Assembly (NCBI GenBank): GCA_043818055.1
Contig: JBDRGF010000033.1
Span: 52,363 to 116,362, forward strand
Source: Pseudomonadota bacterium
GTDB lineage: Bacteria; UBA10199; 2-02-FULL-44-16; JBDRGF01
Length of the DNA stretch: 64,000 nucleotides
Reading direction: 5' to 3'
Position 1 is the stretch's first letter. Each line of letters starts with the position of its first letter. The notes under the pieces were generated by a model. That model saw only the letters and a list, made by a program, of their open reading frames with translations, was not told the DNA's origin and searched no databases. Shown piece after piece: positions 1-10,800 of this stretch. A program made the translations under genes and the position numbers.

Positions 1-900
1 AAATTCACACTCCTTGCACAATGCAGGCTTTACAGTTTCACGCAGTAATGCAAATTGCTGCCTCTCTCCAATTCGATCAAGAATCTGATTTTCAAGAATA
101 CTACCAGCTATCCAATCCCTTCCGACCAAATAGGTTGACGGCGTGATATCGCCGGTTGGCAAAATTCTTAAACTTGAAACACCAGACATATCATCAGAAA
201 TTCGAGATTGTTTAAAAATACTTGAAAAGAGAGGATCTGAAAGTACAGCAACTTTGTAACGTTTCATTATCCATGAAAGAGCTTTATAGACTGTCTTTGA
301 AGAAGGGGGAGATAACCGATTATTCGTAGGACGAAATAGATTAATGCGCACCATGGCATTGTGCTGTGATGCTACATCAAAAATCCCTTTTAAATTTTCT
401 TTGGTGAGGGTATCCTCAATTCCAATCATTACTATCGTGCTTTTAATATTAGCTTGTGTGCAAAAATCTAAAGTTCCAATCGCCCACTCAAAAGCGCTTT
501 CATGTCCTCTTATTTTATTGTGTTTGTTTGGATTTGAGTAGTCAAGAGATACATCAATTTCATTTATACATCTGCTCACTAGATTTTGATAGAATGAGTC
601 ATTTTTCACGACTTCAAACAAATAACCATTTGTTGTAAGTGCCTGTAATATATTAGGAAAATACTTACGCGCATAATCAATTAAATCGAACCAAATTGGA
701 GTTAGAGCATTTTCTCCTGTGCCGTAGTTTATTGAATCAATATAATTGTGATTATTAGAAATAAAATTTCGTAATGTATCTAAATTAAGAGTATCCTTAC
801 CTTCTCGCGCATCAATGCTGTAACAAAATGAACATCTCATGTTACATGCTTTTGTGATTCCCCATCCAATTTGCCATTTAGTTCCCAACTGACAATTCAT
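1..900 (-). CDS. Radical SAM/SPASM-domain protein, 3' end runs off the window (absent from ORF track)
   Basis: Manual translation from ATG at 900: MNCQLGTKWQIGWGITKACNMRCSFCYS (CxxxCxxC), then GTGEN, LTTNG, DVSLD, RILPTGDITPSTY, ending in ...PALCKECEF at the window edge (start of SPASM-like Cys motif). The frame is open for 300 codons. Confidence 0.88.
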   Translation of the reverse strand, partial: MNCQLGTKWQIGWGITKACNMRCSFCYSIDAREGKDTLNLDTLRNFISNNHNYIDSINYGTGENALTPIWFDLIDYARKYFPNILQALTTNGYLFEVVKNDSFYQNLVSRCINEIDVSLDYSNPNKHNKIRGHESAFEWAIGTLDFCTQANIKSTIVMIGIEDTLTKENLKGIFDVASQHNAMVRINLFRPTNNRLSPPSSKTVYKALSWIMKRYKVAVLSDPLFSSIFKQSRISDDMSGVSSLRILPTGDITPSTYLVGRDWIAGSILENQILDRIGERQQFALLRETVKPALCKECEF

Positions 901-957
901 AATTACTTACCCCAAATATTATTTTGTAACAGATAAATCAATCAACCTTAAACACTC

Positions 958-1083
958 GCAAAAATTATGCCAAAATGGTAAAAAACATAACCATTTGAAA
1001 TTATACTTGTTTTTTTTAAAAATCGTTAATAACAATTAATTATTTGTCCAAAAAATCGGACTCGAGAGTCCAGAAAATCAGAC
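958..1083 (-). promoter_or_regulatory. Sigma-54 promoter with IHF-like site and tandem enhancer-like boxes, driving the radical SAM gene
   Basis: Minus strand TGGCATAATTTTTGC (958-972) fits GG-N10-GC. IHF-like TTTCAAATGGTTA at ~988-1000. Boxes GTCC-N8-GGAC (1046-1061) and GTCC-N8-AGAC (1068-1083) are 22 bp apart. Confidence 0.72.
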
Positions 1084-1137
1084 ACTCCAGATCGAACGGT
1101 TATATCAAAGGATGGATTTTAATAAAAAATTAAACAA

Positions 1138-2646
1138 TTATATTTTCTTCCATTCTGTCTTTTGAGAAGTATCTCTAATCTCAATTCCTAAGTCTCGTAA
1201 CATGTTGCGAATTCGATCCGCTTGTTTGAAGTTCTTTGTTTTGCGAGCTTCATTTCTCTCTGAAATGAGATTTTCAATTTTTCGGATGAAATTAGCATCC
1301 ACCTCTTCGACTCCATAGTCAAAAATAACGCCTAGAATGGAATCAAAAACTTTTAAAACCTGTAAACAAGTTTTAGCTTGTTCTTTTGAAAGCATACCAA
1401 CTGAATTTATTTTTGTCACAAAATTAAAAACGTACGCCAAACTCCCTGATATATTTAAATTATCATTTAAAGAATCGACAAACCCAGTTTGTGCTTCACA
1501 GCAGATCTTAGAAATATTAACCTCAACATCCTCATGGATCGAACCCTTCTCGTATGCAAGCAACTTGTCCCTCAATTCCACCAAACGGTTAATGTTGCTT
1601 TTCGCTTGGCCTAGCGAAGTTAATGTAAAATTCATAGTTTGAGCATAATGCGTTGTCATGAGTGCCCACCTGATTGCAAGAGGATGATGTCCCATATTGA
1701 TTAGATCTCGAATTGTATAAAAATTACCCTTTGACTTACTCATCTTTTCGCCATCCACAAGCAAGAACTTCGCGTGTATCCAGTAATTGACGAAAGGTGC
1801 ACCATTAGCACACATGGATTGAGCTATTTCGCATTCATGATGCGGAAACTTATTATCCTCTCCACCAGTATGAATATCGATCGTATCGCCTAGCAATTCC
1901 TTTATCATAGCCGAACATTCTATGTGCCAGCCTGGAAAACCGACACCCAACTCAGTCTCCCACTTCATAATATGCGTGTCGTCCTTCTTCCAAAGTGCGA
2001 AATCATAAGGATTTCTTTTAATGGCGGACTTAATTTCATCTATGCGCCCGCCAGCTCCCGTCTTTAAAGATTCCATGGTATTATTTGACAAACGACCGTA
2101 TTCCTTAAATGAAGAAATATCAAAATAATATGCGCCATCAGATGCCTTATACGCATAGCCCTTGTCGATAAGAGCTTTAATCATCTTAACCATTGTATCG
2201 ATATGTTCAGTCGCTCTTGGAAAACTCATCGGCTTTTTAAGATTGAGGGCATTAAAATCTTCCTTGAATGCTTTGATATAAAAGTCAGCAACATCCCATG
2301 GAGACTTAAAATCAAGATCCTTATATCCCTCCTTGCGACCAGCTTTTTTCGATTTCAGCTGATTTACAGCGAGAGTCATTTTATCCTCTCCGCCACCTTC
2401 AGGGAAATCATCGTTAGTCATGTGACCTACATCGGTTATATTCATAACTTGCTGCACTTCATATCCGTTTTGCTCCAAAACTCTCCGAAGCAAATCAGCC
2501 ATAAGAAAGGTTCTAAAATTACCGATGTGAGCATAGTCATAGACTGTAGGACCACAATTATACATCTTAACAATAGGATGACTGATAGCTCTGAATGGAG
2601 TTAGGCTGTTTGTGAAACTATTATATAATGTCAGTTCCTTAGTCAT
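1138..2646 (-). CDS. cysS: Cysteinyl-tRNA synthetase
   Basis: CGPTVYDYAHIGN, PGWHIECSAM, DIHTGGEDNKFPHHECE, KMSKS motifs and an intact C-terminal anticodon-binding helix (ERNEARKTKNFKQADRIR). Confidence 0.97.
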   Translation of the reverse strand: MTKELTLYNSFTNSLTPFRAISHPIVKMYNCGPTVYDYAHIGNFRTFLMADLLRRVLEQNGYEVQQVMNITDVGHMTNDDFPEGGGEDKMTLAVNQLKSKKAGRKEGYKDLDFKSPWDVADFYIKAFKEDFNALNLKKPMSFPRATEHIDTMVKMIKALIDKGYAYKASDGAYYFDISSFKEYGRLSNNTMESLKTGAGGRIDEIKSAIKRNPYDFALWKKDDTHIMKWETELGVGFPGWHIECSAMIKELLGDTIDIHTGGEDNKFPHHECEIAQSMCANGAPFVNYWIHAKFLLVDGEKMSKSKGNFYTIRDLINMGHHPLAIRWALMTTHYAQTMNFTLTSLGQAKSNINRLVELRDKLLAYEKGSIHEDVEVNISKICCEAQTGFVDSLNDNLNISGSLAYVFNFVTKINSVGMLSKEQAKTCLQVLKVFDSILGVIFDYGVEEVDANFIRKIENLISERNEARKTKNFKQADRIRNMLRDLGIEIRDTSQKTEWKKI

Positions 2647-2783
2647 AGTGTTTTAATAACTATAATGAAGTCCATGTGATTGTCTATATCAAAAATTTGT
2701 TTTTTATATGGTGGCTTGACAGAAAATAGAGAAACTGTCACTAATAAGCGCATATCCTTATTGGAAAGGGTTTTTAAAAAACT

Positions 2784-3962
2784 ATGAATTTTATATACAC
2801 ATTTTTGAAACCAGCTCAAAGCAATTTTGAATTGTTGAAGAAATGGAGTACCATTTCGATTTACAATCCAGAAAATCCCGTAGTAGTTAAAATCACAGTT
2901 CCTTTAGGCGAAGTCTTTCAGAAGAATCAATTTGTTTTAATTGGGAATTCTCTCACAGGAGAGTATAAAAAAGCGATTAGTTCAGCTGCTATCAAGGGAT
3001 ACGAACTGTTACGAAACTCAGCTGAACAAGCGATCAAGCTTAAAACTCACACAGAAGTTTCGGATCCACACGGACAAATTGTAAAAACCTTTGATGAAGC
3101 CGCCAAACTCATTATGGAGCAATTGACACTTTTAGAAAAAACGGAATCCACAGATGCATTTCAAATTATAATTCCGCTTCAATTAGATACTTCTATTCAA
3201 TTTAAAAACATGACAAGTCTACAGATCAAAAAAATGCTAGAGGCTGGCTGGAAAAGTGTAATTGTGCCAAGTGGTGCAATTGAACAACATGGCCCCCACT
3301 TGCCAATGAACACTGATATCTATTTAGCAACGGTGCTTTCAAATTTAATAGCTCAGGAATTAGGAATGATGTTAGTCTCATATGGAATTGCTCCCGGATG
3401 CTCTGACAATCATCTTCCTTTTGCCGGCACGCTATCGTTGGACCAAGATACATTCAAATCTGTACTAAAGAGGATGACTCGCAATTTGATCTCTCATGGT
3501 TTCAAAGAAATCATACACTTTCCTTTCCATGGAGGTAATTTTAATCCAACTCAAGAAGCAATTAGAGAGCTGAGAGCCGAATTTGAAACACAAAAAATCA
3601 AAATTATAGGCCCAAAACAAGGCAGTATGGACAAGAAAGACTTTTTTAATACCCTAGAATCTGCTTTGCATATACACTTTCCTGACAAACCTGATGACTG
3701 GCACGCAGGTTGTATTGAAACATCGATGATGCTATATGCTGATCCTTTTCTTGTAAGAAAGGAATTGGTCGAAGTTGGTTACACTGGAAAACCAATCCCG
3801 TCTGAAATTGTGAACCGAGAAGGTCTTAATAAGTATACGGCTAACGGCATTTGGGGGGATCCAGTTGGATATAGCATAGAATTAGGTGCTTTAATCTTTC
3901 GAAAACTGATTGCCAGAGCTATCCAACATATAGAATCTGAAAGAAACAAAAACGTTACCTAG
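2784..3962 (+). CDS. Creatininase/MftE-family amidohydrolase with ~135-aa unknown N-terminal domain
   Basis: GAIEQHGPHLPMNTD, GCSDNHLPFAGT, FHGGN, WHAGCIETS and NGIWGDP motifs. Confidence 0.88.
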   Translation: MNFIYTFLKPAQSNFELLKKWSTISIYNPENPVVVKITVPLGEVFQKNQFVLIGNSLTGEYKKAISSAAIKGYELLRNSAEQAIKLKTHTEVSDPHGQIVKTFDEAAKLIMEQLTLLEKTESTDAFQIIIPLQLDTSIQFKNMTSLQIKKMLEAGWKSVIVPSGAIEQHGPHLPMNTDIYLATVLSNLIAQELGMMLVSYGIAPGCSDNHLPFAGTLSLDQDTFKSVLKRMTRNLISHGFKEIIHFPFHGGNFNPTQEAIRELRAEFETQKIKIIGPKQGSMDKKDFFNTLESALHIHFPDKPDDWHAGCIETSMMLYADPFLVRKELVEVGYTGKPIPSEIVNREGLNKYTANGIWGDPVGYSIELGALIFRKLIARAIQHIESERNKNVT

Positions 3963-4008
3963 TTACAAGCTATAACTTTTTTTTAAATTTAGCTAAGTTG
4001 AATATATC

Positions 4009-5277
4009 ATGATAAAGAAACTGTTATCGATTCCCACCTTATATAAAAAAGCTCCAAAGGAAATATACATTCTCGCTTTGTCTAGAATAATTAACAGCTC
4101 AGGCAATTTTGTTTATCCCTTTCTAGCCCTCTTTATTACACAAAAATTACAGCTATCTGCGAAAACAGCGGGAACGGCTGTTCTTCTTGTTTCAATTGCT
4201 TCGATTCTTGGCACATTAGTTGGTGGGAAACTAACGGATCATAGTCGGCTTGGTCGGAAAAAAATTATGATTATCGCACAATTCTTTTGTGCCATAAACT
4301 TAATTCTGTGTACTCAGTTCGCCCATTCATACATAATTTTATTCTTTATTTTTATTTCACATTTTTTCCATGGAATCTTTAGCCCAGCAAATAAAGCAAT
4401 GGCAATAGACTTGACGGATAAAAACAATAGGTATCCTTCATTCTCCTTAATTTATTTGGGACATAATATAGGCTGTTCTATAGGACCTCTTTTAGCTGGT
4501 TTTCTATTTAAAAATTATATCATGTGGTTATTTATTGGAGACGCACTAACTACACTTATTTCAGCTTTAATCATTGCAATATTTCTACATGAAACGCGTC
4601 CATCAAACGAGAAGATAGAGTCGAGCTACACAAAACAATCACAGGAACGAGCCGAACAAGGCAATGTCTTTGTCAGTTTATTTAAAAGACCCAACCTCTT
4701 GTTTTTTGTTGTATTACTTATCATTCTACAAATTGTTTATTCTCAGCGACATTTTTCACTTCCATTGCAGTTAAATCTCATTTATGGAAATACTGAAGGT
4801 CCAATTCTTTTTGGAACTATGATGACAATAAATTCATTGTTTGTGATCGCTTTTACTACCATAATCACTTCATTCACAAACAAGTTCAATCCTCTTATAA
4901 ATGAATCTATCGCTAGCATATTTTATGCTCTGGGATTCGGAATGATCATTTTCACCCACTCTATTCCGTTCTTCATAATTTCTACATCTCTATGGACAAT
5001 TGGTGAAATTCTATATTCCACCAATTCTTCTGTTTATATCGCTAACCACACTCCTATTTCACATAGAGGAAGATTTAATGCGATTATACCCTTAGCAATG
5101 TATGTTGGATATGGACTTGGTCCATTATTAATGGGAAAAGTTATCGAATTACATAATCTCCAATATGTATGGATATCAACTTTTCTCCTAGCATCATTCG
5201 CAGCTTTTGCATTATGGACATTGCACATCTTAGAAAAAACAAAACTGCAAACTGTGTTTAATAATGTTTCCAATTGA
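4009..5277 (+). CDS. MFS transporter (drug/metabolite exporter-like)
   Basis: About 12 hydrophobic segments and motif A-like GGKLTDHSRLGRKK. Confidence 0.92.
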   Translation: MIKKLLSIPTLYKKAPKEIYILALSRIINSSGNFVYPFLALFITQKLQLSAKTAGTAVLLVSIASILGTLVGGKLTDHSRLGRKKIMIIAQFFCAINLILCTQFAHSYIILFFIFISHFFHGIFSPANKAMAIDLTDKNNRYPSFSLIYLGHNIGCSIGPLLAGFLFKNYIMWLFIGDALTTLISALIIAIFLHETRPSNEKIESSYTKQSQERAEQGNVFVSLFKRPNLLFFVVLLIILQIVYSQRHFSLPLQLNLIYGNTEGPILFGTMMTINSLFVIAFTTIITSFTNKFNPLINESIASIFYALGFGMIIFTHSIPFFIISTSLWTIGEILYSTNSSVYIANHTPISHRGRFNAIIPLAMYVGYGLGPLLMGKVIELHNLQYVWISTFLLASFAAFALWTLHILEKTKLQTVFNNVSN

Positions 5278-5320
5278 GAATGCAATTTTGCGATAATCTT
5301 TTAGAAAGAGTGAATTTTGT

Positions 5321-6517
5321 ATGAAAGAAAATATACTAATTTTGAATAACGCCAGATATGAGCACTACTATAAGAATAAAAAACCAATTATTGACTATAA
5401 TCGTTACAACGTTTTTTTTATAACAAAAAAAGAATACGCTGCTGAAATTCCAGATAATGATTACTCAGAACTTCACTCCATCAATATGAGTGACAGCGAC
5501 GCTGTATTCGAATTAGCAAGAAATATTCATTTAAGGTATTTTATCAATCGTGTCATTGCACTATCCGAAAGTAACATTTTGGATGCAGCACGAATTAGAG
5601 AATTTTGTGGGTGTAAAGGAATGCCATTTAACCAAGTGCTAATATTAAGAGATAAATGTTTAATGAAAGAATACCTCAGTGGTAAAGGAATTAACGTCCC
5701 TGCATTTAAAAAATTATACTCAACTCAGAATGCCATAGAGTTTTACCAATTATATGGTAGAGTTGTGATCAAACCTGCGTTAGGAATGGGATCAAAGAAT
5801 ACCTACATTATTGATACAGAGACTAAGTTCAACTTAGCGTTAAAATGTATTAATAATAGCATTCTTGATTACGAAATTGAGGAATTTGTTGATGGAGATA
5901 TGTATCATTGCGATTCCATCATAGTGGATGGACATGTTAAACTATGTAGCGTTAGTAAATATCTTGATTCCACATGCGGTTATTTAGAGAGTCAACCACT
6001 TGCATCAGTTATGGAAGATGACGAAAACATCTGCTCTAGGTTACAGACTTTTAACAGCATGATTCTTAAAGCTTTCGGCATCAAAAATGATGTTACACAT
6101 CTTGAGGTCTTCTATAAGGATTCTAATATCGTATTTTGTGAAATTGCAATAAGAACAGGAGGGGGAGGAATTATTGATTCAGTTGAGCAGAAATATTCAA
6201 TCAATCTCATGGAAACCCATCTCAAACTCCAACTTTCACAATGTGAAAAATTACAACTATGTAGCAGAGATCTTTACAGTGGATTTGTTATGTTTTATGC
6301 GAAACCAGGGATAGTAGTCAATATTACACCGGCCGATAAATTTAATCAGGAATGGATATCTAAATTTAAAGTCTACATCAAAAAAGGCGATCGAGTCATT
6401 TTACCAAAATATAATGGAAAACCAGCCGCCATAGTAATCATCGTTGGAAAGACGAAAGACGATTTGATCAATAAAGTTGAATGGGTAAAAAGCAATTTCA
6501 GAATTAGCTACATTTAA
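5321..6517 (+). CDS. ATP-grasp ligase (L-amino-acid ligase-like)
   Basis: RDKCLMK, VVIKPALGMGS, IEEFVDG, THLEVF and FCEIAIRTGGG motifs. Confidence 0.85.
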   Translation: MKENILILNNARYEHYYKNKKPIIDYNRYNVFFITKKEYAAEIPDNDYSELHSINMSDSDAVFELARNIHLRYFINRVIALSESNILDAARIREFCGCKGMPFNQVLILRDKCLMKEYLSGKGINVPAFKKLYSTQNAIEFYQLYGRVVIKPALGMGSKNTYIIDTETKFNLALKCINNSILDYEIEEFVDGDMYHCDSIIVDGHVKLCSVSKYLDSTCGYLESQPLASVMEDDENICSRLQTFNSMILKAFGIKNDVTHLEVFYKDSNIVFCEIAIRTGGGGIIDSVEQKYSINLMETHLKLQLSQCEKLQLCSRDLYSGFVMFYAKPGIVVNITPADKFNQEWISKFKVYIKKGDRVILPKYNGKPAAIVIIVGKTKDDLINKVEWVKSNFRISYI

Positions 6518-6655
6518 AAACATTTATTTGTTCTTTCACCACTAGTACCGAATAAATTAAAAACAAGCGCTGTTTGAATCGATGACGGTGTGATATTCTG
6601 ATGCTTGAAGCGGCGTTTAAAATCATAAGATTTCAATGTCAAATATTACCACTCA

Positions 6656-7696
6656 TCACCCCACCAGTTCAATTCTTTCACCCTCTGTCAACTCACCAAA
6701 TGAATTTATCGCATGTTCAGCAAGCCCCATTTTTCTAGCAACTCTGATATATTCTTCCACATTTGAAGGATCGACTGCGACAAGCAATCCACCCGATGTC
6801 TGCGGGTCGGCTAAAATCTTTTGATTCTCCCCTGTGAGACCTTCGACATGATGGCCATAGCTCCTAACATTTCGAAATGTTCCTCCGGGACAGCACTCTT
6901 TGTCGAGATAGTATTCAACTTCTTTAAGCAGAGGGACATCATCAACTCTAATTACAGCTTTGAGCTTCGATCCTTGAGCCATTTCAAGGAGATGTCCCAA
7001 GAGTCCAAACCCGGTGACGTCGGTCATCGCGTGCACACATGATAGCTTTCCAAAGGCCTCACCTGCGCGATTCAATGCTGTCATTATCTCTACCGCTTTT
7101 CCTTCATCTGTCGGCTTTAGCACTCCGTGTTTTTGGGCGCTCGTGAGGATGCCTATACCAAGCGGCTTTGTGAGAAATAAAAGGTCCCCTGCCTTTGCGC
7201 CGTCATTTCTTTTTATATGGGCCTTTTTTATGGTGCCGTTCACGGCCAATCCAAATATCGGCTCAGGTGAATCAATGCTGTGTCCGCCGGCCAGCGGAAT
7301 GTTCGCATCTTTGCAGACTTCGCTAGCCCCCCTCATCACCTCCCTTGCAACATCGGGTGATAATTTATCTATCGGCCAGCCCAGGATCGATATCGCAAGG
7401 ATCGGAGTCCCTCCCATCGCATACACGTCGCTGATCGAATTCGTTGCAGCTACCCTGCCGAAATCGTATGGATCATCGACGATCGGCATGAAGAAATCGG
7501 TCGTACTGATCAGCGCCTCTCCGTTCCCCAGATCGACAACGGCGGCATCATCCTTGCTCTCGTTGCCAACGATGAGATTTGGGAATTTCGTGTTGTTTTT
7601 CCCCTCTAAGATCTTCTCCAGCACATCAGGCGCGATCTTGCACCCGCACCCTGCCCCGTGGCTGTATTGTGTCAGTCGAACATTTTTTTTATCCAT
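6656..7696 (-). CDS. selD: Selenophosphate synthetase (Cys form)
   Basis: [56 protein letters not shown]. Start placed at ATG 7696. Confidence 0.97.
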   Translation of the reverse strand: MDKKNVRLTQYSHGAGCGCKIAPDVLEKILEGKNNTKFPNLIVGNESKDDAAVVDLGNGEALISTTDFFMPIVDDPYDFGRVAATNSISDVYAMGGTPILAISILGWPIDKLSPDVAREVMRGASEVCKDANIPLAGGHSIDSPEPIFGLAVNGTIKKAHIKRNDGAKAGDLLFLTKPLGIGILTSAQKHGVLKPTDEGKAVEIMTALNRAGEAFGKLSCVHAMTDVTGFGLLGHLLEMAQGSKLKAVIRVDDVPLLKEVEYYLDKECCPGGTFRNVRSYGHHVEGLTGENQKILADPQTSGGLLVAVDPSNVEEYIRVARKMGLAEHAINSFGELTEGERIELVG

Positions 7697-7807
7697 AACG
7701 TTTTCTACCTTTTTTCTCAAGACTGTTCGAAAATGCTGAGGGAGTTCACCCGCCTCAACTTCCCCGTTATGCAACGGGAGAAGCCTTGTCAAGAGAAGTG
7801 ATTCTGA

Positions 7808-10800
7808 TCAAAAATTTGGTATCAATCTTAGCTCTTCGACAGCTTTATCATCTATTATACTTCCAAACCTATCTATCGGCTCGACAAGGGCTTCTAAAAT
7901 TGTAAGTGGGTCTTCAACCTTTCCGATCGAAACTTTTTCTTTGTAAAGTTTTGTTAAATTATATTGAAGCTCCTTGAGAAATTTTGACAGTTCATCTCCA
8001 TTTGAATAAATGGCGCTCTGTGGTTTTAATGGAGATGATATTTTCCATTCACTATCGATAGCCTCCTGAAACAATTTTGTGAACTTATCAATCATTGCCA
8101 TTAGTTCATCAACAGCCGGGTTGTTTTGTCTATATTTCGACAGTATGTGTTTATATTTTAACAAATCTTTTGTGATCGATTCTCTCAATGATCTCAAAGG
8201 TAACTGGCCGGAGGTCCTTCTGATCATATCCCTTTTATTGATTAAACCCTGAACGACCCATTTAATCTCCCTTGGTATTTGATTTCTATAATACGATTCA
8301 ATTGAATTAATGATGTGAAAGGTCGAAACATTGGATATAGTCAATGGGGTGATTTTTTGATCATTCGTCTCAGCTTCAAGTTGGGTTCTTCTCTTGTTCA
8401 GTTCATTTTGATATTGTCCTCCCATGACATAAAGAAGGTTAACGGCCAAATACCTATCTTTTGTTGGGGTTCTACCGTCGCTGGCTATTCTGAAAAGCAA
8501 CTCGAAAAACTCATTATTATATTCCAACGTGCCAAACTCATTAATATAATGTGTAAACCAATGTAAAATAGCAAAAAGCTCATCATGATCTCTAGATGGA
8601 ATAATCATTAAATCGGAGTTTTTTAATAAGTTGATTACATATTTAAACCGCTCAACTTCTGGCAGACGCCATATGAGTTTTGAAAATTGATTTAAAATTC
8701 TCATTCTTGAATTACGTGATCGCTCCGCCATGTGAGAATAGTTAGAAATAGCCATTCCTAAATTACCAGATTGTTCCTCGTTGAATGTTTCTATGATTTT
8801 ATCCAGATGACCACGAAGATATTCCATATTGTCAATATTTGATTCGACGCCAAATTTAAATGGAAGGCCAGCATTATTTCCAACTTTTGACAGTGTGGCG
8901 GGATCCTTAAAATGAGTATATGGATCAGCGCAACTTTTTGAAAATAGCTTTGAAATCAATGTTTTTGCTTGTCCTGTCTTGTCATCATAAGAAATAGTGT
9001 TGAGAAAAAGAAAAAATAAAAGATGGGTTGAATTTGCGATATCTAGAATTTCATTCAAGGGTTCGTTTGATCTCTCGCAAAAGTTGGATATCTGTTCGAT
9101 TGCTTCAGAAATCAAACCATCCCTGTCAGGATACGAATAACCATTCAACACGGCGAATATTGCAAGTCGCAACCGTTGTTCTTTGTCCTTTGTTGCGGAA
9201 ATAAGTTTTTGAAATAGCATTTCGTCGATTAGCAGATGAGGGTGACAGAAGGCCTGTTGCCATATAGTGCCAGATTCATATCCATATGTTGATTCATATA
9301 TAATTCTGTTGAAAGTTTGGAAATCAAGGCTTTCAGACTCTAAATGATTTCCTATAATAATTTTGGACAACTTCTTTTTGATTGCGATTTGTACTTTTTC
9401 AGAAAACTTTGAGAGCATCATTAGTAAATCAGGTTGGTTTAAGATACCAACCCAAATATCTCGACTACCTGATACATCAAGTACATATTTTTCAAACTCC
9501 TTATCGTAGCCCAATTGAAGGGCAAGGACACCTAGTTTATGGATGTTTTCGTCACTGTATAGTAGTTCTAAAAGTTGGCTAAAATCTTCTTGAGCAATAA
9601 ACAAACCTTCGTCAAAGTAGTTGCCTAATATGTGATCAAAATACTTTTGTAGTGTAAGTCTATCTGCTGATCTAATGGCCTGGGCAATGATATTGTTTTT
9701 CAATGCGCTAGATCTTTTTGCTGATTGAGATAGCAAGTCATCTTCCTTACGTATGTATGCAAATAAATGATAACTTCCGACCGCCTCCCCACCATGGTCT
9801 TCGACAATTTTTTTAACAAGGGACGTGTCAAACCCTCCCTCGAATAGGAGTTCCATAAAACCGGGTGCGGTATAGTTAGAGGCATTTGAAGGTTGCAATA
9901 GATCTCTGGCTATTTCAGAAAGCAGGTCGTCGATGATTTTTTCACAATTTGTGATTTTGAGCTCTTGCAAAACATGATCGCATTTCATCATTTTAAGAAG
10001 CAGTATTGAATGTCCTGTTAATACGTTTGAACATATCAAATTTTTTAACGATTCTGCTATAACTGTACGTGATGCTGGATAATGCAAGATGTAATCTGAG
10101 ATATTTGACAACCAATATCGGAGCTTTATTTGAGTCTCATCTCTGAGATGATCATTAAACCTATCCCTCCAAATTAATTTTGAACTTAAATCGTTGTCTT
10201 TATTAAATAGTCTAAAAAGTTCATGCCATTTTTTAAAGTTAGTCCCAATCGATTTCTGCTTGGATTATCTTGATTATCTCTTCATCGCTAGGGTCTATCA
10301 GTTCAGACAATGAACTAATTGTGTCTATATCTAGCTTGTTTTTAAGCGAATTGAGCTTTTTAATAATTTCTTGATTGCTTGACACTATCTTCCAAGCAGC
10401 TCTGTAATAAACTTTAGTATCATCGAGCCTTTTGAGAAAATCCCGTCCAGACAGACCTTTTAAATAATCAATAAATATTAAAATAATATCTTCGTCTGGA
10501 CACAAGAACGCGGCAGCGGGATTATTTTGTATAATGATTCTTATTAGATGTTTTACTGCTTCTTTGACCTTCGAGTGTCCTGATTTGTATAGAATTGCTA
10601 GCTCGCTTAAATATTCTTCGAGGCCATAATAAAGCGAAGAAAGAAATTTAATATCTTCGTTCTTCTTTCGATTTCTATTAAACAGTCCTCTTATATCTGT
10701 TGGAGAGTGCTCTTCAGCACCAAAGGCGGTTTCAATCGAAAAGGGATATATGCTTCTTCTGTCATCTGTCAGCAGAAAATTCAAAGTTGTTGCATGCGTA

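Noticed and set aside
1138..2646. cysS as part of a selC*/cysS*-type UGA-Cys recoding system
   Set aside because: This CysRS keeps its anticodon-binding C-terminus, and the only UCA tRNA sits with selA/selB and has tRNA-Sec features.
6656..7696. selD as a member of the left-hand cluster (selenometabolite pathway)
   Set aside because: It is convergent with the ATP-grasp gene, visibly more GC-rich like the fdh/sel genes, and is already needed for Sec-FdhA. It cannot be fully excluded.
7014..7739. 241-aa plus-strand ORF and other short antisense ORFs in the track
   Set aside because: They are shadow frames of well-supported genes on the opposite strand, with no motifs or RBS.
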